A stretch of 64,000 nt of DNA from the NCBI RefSeq assembly GCF_016065055.1, contig NZ_CP065856.1, forward strand, positions 989,836 through 1,053,835, written 5' to 3'. The position numbers and the translations under genes are program-made. Under the pieces are notes generated by a model. It saw nothing but the letters and a program-made list of their open reading frames with translations, searched no databases and was not told the DNA's origin. This DNA is from Halosimplex litoreum. Its GTDB lineage: Archaea; Halobacteriota; Halobacteria; Halobacteriales; Haloarculaceae. Each line of letters opens with the position of its first letter. Positions within the stretch are counted from its first letter, which is position 1. Below are positions 59,537 through 64,000 of this stretch, in pieces.

Positions 59537-61027
59537 GTGGCACTGGTCCTCCTGTCGGGATGCAACGCCTTCGGCGGGTCGGGGACTGCGAGTCCTTCGA
59601 CGCCGGGAGCGACCGACGCCGCGACGGATACCGAGGCACAGCCCGATGGAGACACCGCCGCTCGGACCCAGACGGTCGAGGATGGGATGACGACGGCCAC
59701 CGCAGGGTCGACCACCACGGTGACGGGGACACCAAACCCGACGGCTACGGCGACACCGACCGCATCGGCTACGCCGACGGCGACCGCCACGGCGACCGCG
59801 ACGCCGACGGCCACACAGACCCCTACCCCAACCGCGACGCCCACCTCGACGCCCACGGCAACACCGACACCGACGCCGCCGCCGGGGCTCGAACCGCTCT
59901 CGACCATGGACCTGCCTCCCGGCGTGTACACGGAGAACGTCCACACCGACGACGTCGGGATCGCTTACCGGAACAGGCTCGACGAGATCTCGTACGTCGT
60001 CGACGCCGAAGTGAGAAATTCGAGCGCGAGTCACCTCACGACGCGAACCGAGAACGACAGCTGGGCGACGCACATGCACTTCGGCCGCGACACGGGGACG
60101 CCGATAACCGTGTACCGCACCGACGAAGGGTTGGGATTCCTGGCCCACTCCGGCTCCGGCGCCACGGTCACGATATACGGGACCGGGCCGACCGGAGCGA
60201 GAATGTTGGGTGAGTCGGTAGTCGATCGCCCACGTCGCGTCGTCTCCTCGTACATCGACGCAGCCGAGTGGGAACCGCTCGGCGTCCGGGAGACGGACGG
60301 CGGCAAGCGGGTGGTGCTAAGCGCCGCGTCGGTCGGTGACGAGACGGCCCACTGGGAGATCGAGACGATCCGATCTATCGACGGTTCGATCGACGTGAAC
60401 GGCCAGGGGCTGATCACCAACGGCTCGTTCACGTTCACCGTCGAGCAGGACGGCGAGACGGAGACTCGGACGTTCACCGTCGAGACCGAACGGCGCTCCG
60501 ATGGGTTCGTAACCGAACCGTCCTGGCTCTCCGAGTCATCGCGTGCCGAGGCGAGCGCCGAAGCGGCCGACAAACTGCTCGCAGTGGACCTCACCGACGG
60601 ACCCGCACTGGACCCCGGGACGACCCTGCACGTCAACACGTCCGACGAGTTGCAGAATCTCGGCTCGGTGACCTTCGACGAGCGTGTCGGGCCGGGACAG
60701 ACGTTTTACGTCTACCGGACAGCGGATAACGGAACGACCACGTATCACACCGCCGTCGGTAAGCGACCGACGCTGCCCGAGAACGCGACGGCGTTCACCC
60801 AGAGCGTCTTCGTCTCGGCGAGAGTGGGCGACACCGGTTTCGAAGCCGGGGTCGAGATATCCGGGGACTCCGAAACGGAAGCGGCCGCGGAGGTCGCGCC
60901 TCCGGACCGGACGGGAGCGGCGGACCTGCCGGACCGCTCGCCGACGGAATCGGACGGGCGCATCCTGCTCGGCCTCGCGGCGCTCGCACCGGTCGGGTTG
61001 GCCGCGCGACGACTCGATCGGGACTGA
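59537..61027 (+). CDS. secreted protein with Thr/Pro/Ala-rich linker and C-terminal hydrophobic anchor
   Basis: GTG start, LLSGC lipobox-like N-terminus, about 60-aa (TATP)n low-complexity linker, C-terminal ILLGLAALAPVGLAARRLDRD. Start uncertain (no in-frame ATG upstream). Confidence 0.55.
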   Translation: MALVLLSGCNAFGGSGTASPSTPGATDAATDTEAQPDGDTAARTQTVEDGMTTATAGSTTTVTGTPNPTATATPTASATPTATATATATPTATQTPTPTATPTSTPTATPTPTPPPGLEPLSTMDLPPGVYTENVHTDDVGIAYRNRLDEISYVVDAEVRNSSASHLTTRTENDSWATHMHFGRDTGTPITVYRTDEGLGFLAHSGSGATVTIYGTGPTGARMLGESVVDRPRRVVSSYIDAAEWEPLGVRETDGGKRVVLSAASVGDETAHWEIETIRSIDGSIDVNGQGLITNGSFTFTVEQDGETETRTFTVETERRSDGFVTEPSWLSESSRAEASAEAADKLLAVDLTDGPALDPGTTLHVNTSDELQNLGSVTFDERVGPGQTFYVYRTADNGTTTYHTAVGKRPTLPENATAFTQSVFVSARVGDTGFEAGVEISGDSETEAAAEVAPPDRTGAADLPDRSPTESDGRILLGLAALAPVGLAARRLDRD

Positions 61028-61063
61028 CGCGCCGAACCGTCCCACTGCGAACGGGCGTCTGGC

Positions 61064-62932
61064 TCACTCCCCACCGCCACGGCGACGGAACGCACCGAGC
61101 CCGCCCAGTCCGCCCAGTCCGCCCAGCGCCGCGACGATACCCAGGCCCGGGCCGTCCGCGGCGGACGCCGTCGGCCGGTCGGTGGCCGATCCGTCGGTCG
61201 ACCTCGCCGTCGCGGTCTCGGTCCCGCTGGCGTCGCGCGTCGGGCTGGCGGCGGTGGCCTCGGTCGCGTCCACGCTCGGCCGCACCTGTACTTCGGTCGT
61301 CGCCGTGCCCGTCCGGCCATCCCCGTCGATCGCGGTCAGGGTGACGGTGTACCCGCCCCGTTCGGCGTAGGTGTGGGACGGTCGCGGTTCGGCGGCCGTC
61401 TCGCCGTCGCCGAACGCCCAGGTGTAGGCGACGATATCGCCCAGCGGTGCGCTCGAGTCGCTCGCGTCGAACTCGACGAGGTCGCCGGCCGCGGGCTCTG
61501 TGGGGCTGTACTCGACGACGGGTTCGGGCGGGGCGCCCTCGCCGCCGTCGCTCTCGCCGACGTTGCCGCCGAAGCCGTCGATCGGCTCGCCGGCAATGCT
61601 CGCGCGGTGGAATTCGACCATGTCGTCGATCGCCGGGGTCGGCGTGTGGCCCTCGCCCTCGTAGATCTTGAACGCGGCCGACACGTCCCGGTCTTCGTAG
61701 ACCGACTCGCAGAACGGGAGCCGGTCCCGTTGCATGTTCGGCCCGTACACGTCCAGAGCGACCGCTTGCTGGGTCTCGCTCCAGGCGTCGTCGTACGGGA
61801 GGGTGTCGTTGGTGTCGAGCGCGCCCATGTAGAGGAACTGGTTCACCTCGCGGAAGGCGTCGAGATCGAAGGGGGCGCCGGTGAGGTCCTCGACGTCGGC
61901 GACGCCGATCTGGTAGTTCAGCGTGTGGCCCTTCGCCTCGGAGAGGGGGAGGACGGCCATGCCGTTGATACCGCCGGCGGTGACGGAGACCACTTCCTCG
62001 GGCTGGAGCGCGGCGAAGCGGTTGACGAAGTTGCCCGAGGCGGAGAAGCCGTTGAGCAGCATTCCGTCGTCGGCGACGGGGTAGGACTCCTCGCGGAGCC
62101 GCTCGCGTGCGTGTTCGATCATGTTGACGAGCTGGCGGTCGACGCGCTCGAGCGGGCCGTCGTCGATGCGCATCGTCTCCGTGTCGAGCTGGTGGACGTA
62201 GTGGCGCCAGTCGACGGGGTCGGACTCCGGGCGCGGGAACGCCGGGACGAGGAAGGGAACGGCCAGTCGCTCGCTCAGCTCCCGGCCGCTGCCGCCGTTC
62301 CACTCGCCCTCGGCGAGCTTCCGGGCGCGGTCGACGTGTATCGCGAGGTCGTCGCTCGACGTGCCGGTGTTGTTCGGCTCGACGAGAACCGGCCCGCCGG
62401 CCTCGCGTTCGGTCGACTGCGGCGCGGAGAGGAAGTACGGGTAGTTGAAGCCGGCGTCGGGGTCGGCGTCGACGCGCGTGACGGGGAGCCCGTCGACGAA
62501 GGTCACGTCGTCGGCGACGGTGATCTCGGCCTTGTCCATCGCCAGCGCCTCCCCGTCGCCGGGGTAGACGCTGACTTCGAGGAGCAGGTCCTCGGTCAGG
62601 AGCGTGTCGAACGTGACCGCGTGGTCGGTGTAGCTGCCGGCCGGGAGCTCCCGCCGGGCATAGATCGTCTCGTGGCCGTCGGTCGCGACGGTGATCGTGA
62701 CGTCTCTCGGGGCGGTCAGTTCGGCGATCACGACCCCCCGGCCGTCGGTCGTCTGGTCCTCGAACGAGAGGGTCACGTCCGCCGGGCTCGCTCCGACGGT
62801 ACCGCCGGCGAGGCCTCCGGCGCCGACGCCCAGCGCCCCGACGGCCGCCCGGTGTAACACGTCGCGGCGACTCCTCGTCGACCGGCGGCGCGACGGCCCG
62901 TCGCGACCGCCGGCGTCGTCTCCGTCGTTCAT
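61064..62932 (-). CDS. Tat-secreted alpha/beta-hydrolase-like protein with PKD domain and C-terminal anchor
   Basis: Twin-Arg signal SRRDVLHRAAVGALGVGAGG; nucleophile-elbow-like GFSASG; PKD motif YTWAFGDGETA..GGYTVTLTAIDGDGRTG; C-terminal GPGLGIVAALGGLGGLGGLGAFRRRGGGE. Confidence 0.6.
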   Translation of the reverse strand: MNDGDDAGGRDGPSRRRSTRSRRDVLHRAAVGALGVGAGGLAGGTVGASPADVTLSFEDQTTDGRGVVIAELTAPRDVTITVATDGHETIYARRELPAGSYTDHAVTFDTLLTEDLLLEVSVYPGDGEALAMDKAEITVADDVTFVDGLPVTRVDADPDAGFNYPYFLSAPQSTEREAGGPVLVEPNNTGTSSDDLAIHVDRARKLAEGEWNGGSGRELSERLAVPFLVPAFPRPESDPVDWRHYVHQLDTETMRIDDGPLERVDRQLVNMIEHARERLREESYPVADDGMLLNGFSASGNFVNRFAALQPEEVVSVTAGGINGMAVLPLSEAKGHTLNYQIGVADVEDLTGAPFDLDAFREVNQFLYMGALDTNDTLPYDDAWSETQQAVALDVYGPNMQRDRLPFCESVYEDRDVSAAFKIYEGEGHTPTPAIDDMVEFHRASIAGEPIDGFGGNVGESDGGEGAPPEPVVEYSPTEPAAGDLVEFDASDSSAPLGDIVAYTWAFGDGETAAEPRPSHTYAERGGYTVTLTAIDGDGRTGTATTEVQVRPSVDATEATAASPTRDASGTETATARSTDGSATDRPTASAADGPGLGIVAALGGLGGLGGLGAFRRRGGGE

Positions 62933-63004
62933 ACGACCGTCTCCCCGAACGGGTGCAATCAAGCTTCGGGTCGAAGTACCAACGTTGAATCTCGGGCTCC
63001 GGAG

Positions 63005-63016
63005 CGCTATATAGCG
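63005..63016 (+). promoter_or_regulatory. perfectly palindromic TATA element CGCTATATAGCG in divergent intergenic region
   Basis: Only AT-rich hexamer between the 62932 (-) and 63110 (+) gene starts. Confidence 0.3.
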
Positions 63017-63109
63017 GTCAGTGGCGCGCTCGGGGTGGCGCGGTCGGCCGCAGGGCGAGCGCGAGCGCTGGTCGTTAGCCTTTAGCCCCGCGGTACCGAA
63101 CCGCGGGTA

Positions 63110-64000
63110 ATGACCGCACAAGCCGTCGAGACGGGGGACCTCGCGACCGTCATCGGACTGGAGGTCCACGTCCAGCTGGAGACGGACACGAAGATCTTCT
63201 GTGGCTGCTCGACCGACGTGGGCGACGACGAGCCCAACACCCACACCTGCCCGACCTGCCTGGGCCTGCCCGGCGCGCTCCCGGTCGTCAACGAAGGAGC
63301 GGTGGAGGCCGCCGTCAAGGTCGGCAAGGCCATCGACGCCGACATCCCCGAGGAGACGACCTTCCACCGGAAGAACTACTACTACCCCGACCTCCCCAAG
63401 AACTTCCAGATCACCCAGTACGACGCGCCGCTGTGTGCCGAAGGGGAACTCGAATTCTCCGTCGAAGGGGAGCGCCGGTCGGTCGAGATCCGCCGCGCCC
63501 ACCTGGAGGAGGACCCCGGCAGCCTCCAGCACAAGGGCGGCTCCATCGACACCGCCGACTACACGCTCGTCGACTACAACCGCGCGGGCACGCCGCTGAT
63601 GGAGATCGTGACCAAGCCGGACTTCCGGTCGCCGAGCGAGGTGCGCTCGTTCCTCGCGAAACTCACCGAGGTCCTCGAATACCTGGGCATCTTCGACGCC
63701 ACCCGCGACGGCTCGTTGCGTGTGGACGCCAACCTCTCGATCGTCGACATGAGCGACGTGGACGCCGACGAGATCGACGCGTCGGTCCTCGAGGAGGCCG
63801 ACCCGAACCGCACGGAGGTCAAGAACATCTCCAGCCACAAGGGCGCGGAGAAAGCCCTGGCCTACGAGGAGACCCGCCAGCGCAACGCCATCCAGCGCGG
63901 CCGCGTCGTCGAACAGGAGACCCGCCACTGGGACGAATCGAAGGGCGTCACCCTCTCGATGCGCTCGAAGGAGGAGGAGAAAGATTACCGGTACTTCCGC
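63110..64000 (+). CDS. gatE: glutamyl-tRNA(Gln) amidotransferase subunit E (3' partial)
   Basis: N-terminal GatE pattern VIGLEVHVQL.TDTKIFCGC..HTCP.CLGLPGALPV and AspRS-like insertion region; runs off window end. Confidence 0.85.
   Translation, partial: MTAQAVETGDLATVIGLEVHVQLETDTKIFCGCSTDVGDDEPNTHTCPTCLGLPGALPVVNEGAVEAAVKVGKAIDADIPEETTFHRKNYYYPDLPKNFQITQYDAPLCAEGELEFSVEGERRSVEIRRAHLEEDPGSLQHKGGSIDTADYTLVDYNRAGTPLMEIVTKPDFRSPSEVRSFLAKLTEVLEYLGIFDATRDGSLRVDANLSIVDMSDVDADEIDASVLEEADPNRTEVKNISSHKGAEKALAYEETRQRNAIQRGRVVEQETRHWDESKGVTLSMRSKEEEKDYRYFR

Noticed and set aside
59700-59900. Apparent nucleotide tandem repeats (ACGGCGACC-type) near 59.7 kb and CGCCCAGTC x3 near 61.1 kb
   Set aside because: These are coding low-complexity. 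They encode the (TATP)n linker and the (GGL)3 segment of the secreted proteins. They are not CRISPR or noncoding arrays.
1-64000. Search for CRISPR arrays, rRNA or tRNA genes and integrase/transposase genes
   Set aside because: No regularly spaced direct repeats with unique spacers were found. No tRNA-like conserved boxes (GTTCGAATC / TAGCTCAG-type) or rRNA-like stretches were recognised. No tyrosine-recombinase or DDE transposase motifs were found. The MITE-like elements are non-autonomous.

Overview
This is a high-GC (~67-68%) haloarchaeal (Halobacteria) chromosomal segment. It is mostly densely packed core genes with a few degraded or accessory patches. Coordinates of non-ORF features were read from the text and may be off by 1-2 nt.

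Recognisable core genes:
- transcription factor B (tfb)
- a soluble MCP-domain transducer
- aroD, aroB' and aroA' of the archaeal ADH shikimate entry route, clustered with trpCBA
- prefoldin beta
- the rpl37ae-rpoP-pcc1 cluster
- truD, metG, mfnA, ppsA, cetZ, smc-scpA and gatE (3' partial)

Other recognised genes:
- transporters: CaCA exchanger, a Na/Pi family protein, an ABC ATPase with a large permease
- an SPFH-NfeD pair
- a cytochrome P450 divergent from an HTH_10 regulator
- many small zinc-ribbon or HTH proteins

Structure not explained by the genes:
1. Two copies of a ~275-280 bp whole-element palindromic MITE-like element with 22-bp terminal inverted repeats (at 27.55 kb and 51.75 kb). 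Copy 1 is preceded by 18-bp tandem repeats.
2. A P450 + HTH_10 cassette bracketed by a full ppsA and a ~160 bp diverged duplicate of the ppsA 3' end.
3. Three frameshifted or degraded genes: a Bat-like PAS-PAS-GAF-HTH_10 regulator, an ArsR-like wHTH gene, and an SDR remnant.
4. Five 15-bp tandem repeats upstream of ppsA.
5. An operator-like palindrome at the trpCBA start.
6. Several secreted proteins with non-canonical C-terminal anchors.

No CRISPR array, rRNA or tRNA gene was recognised. No canonical defence system is evident.
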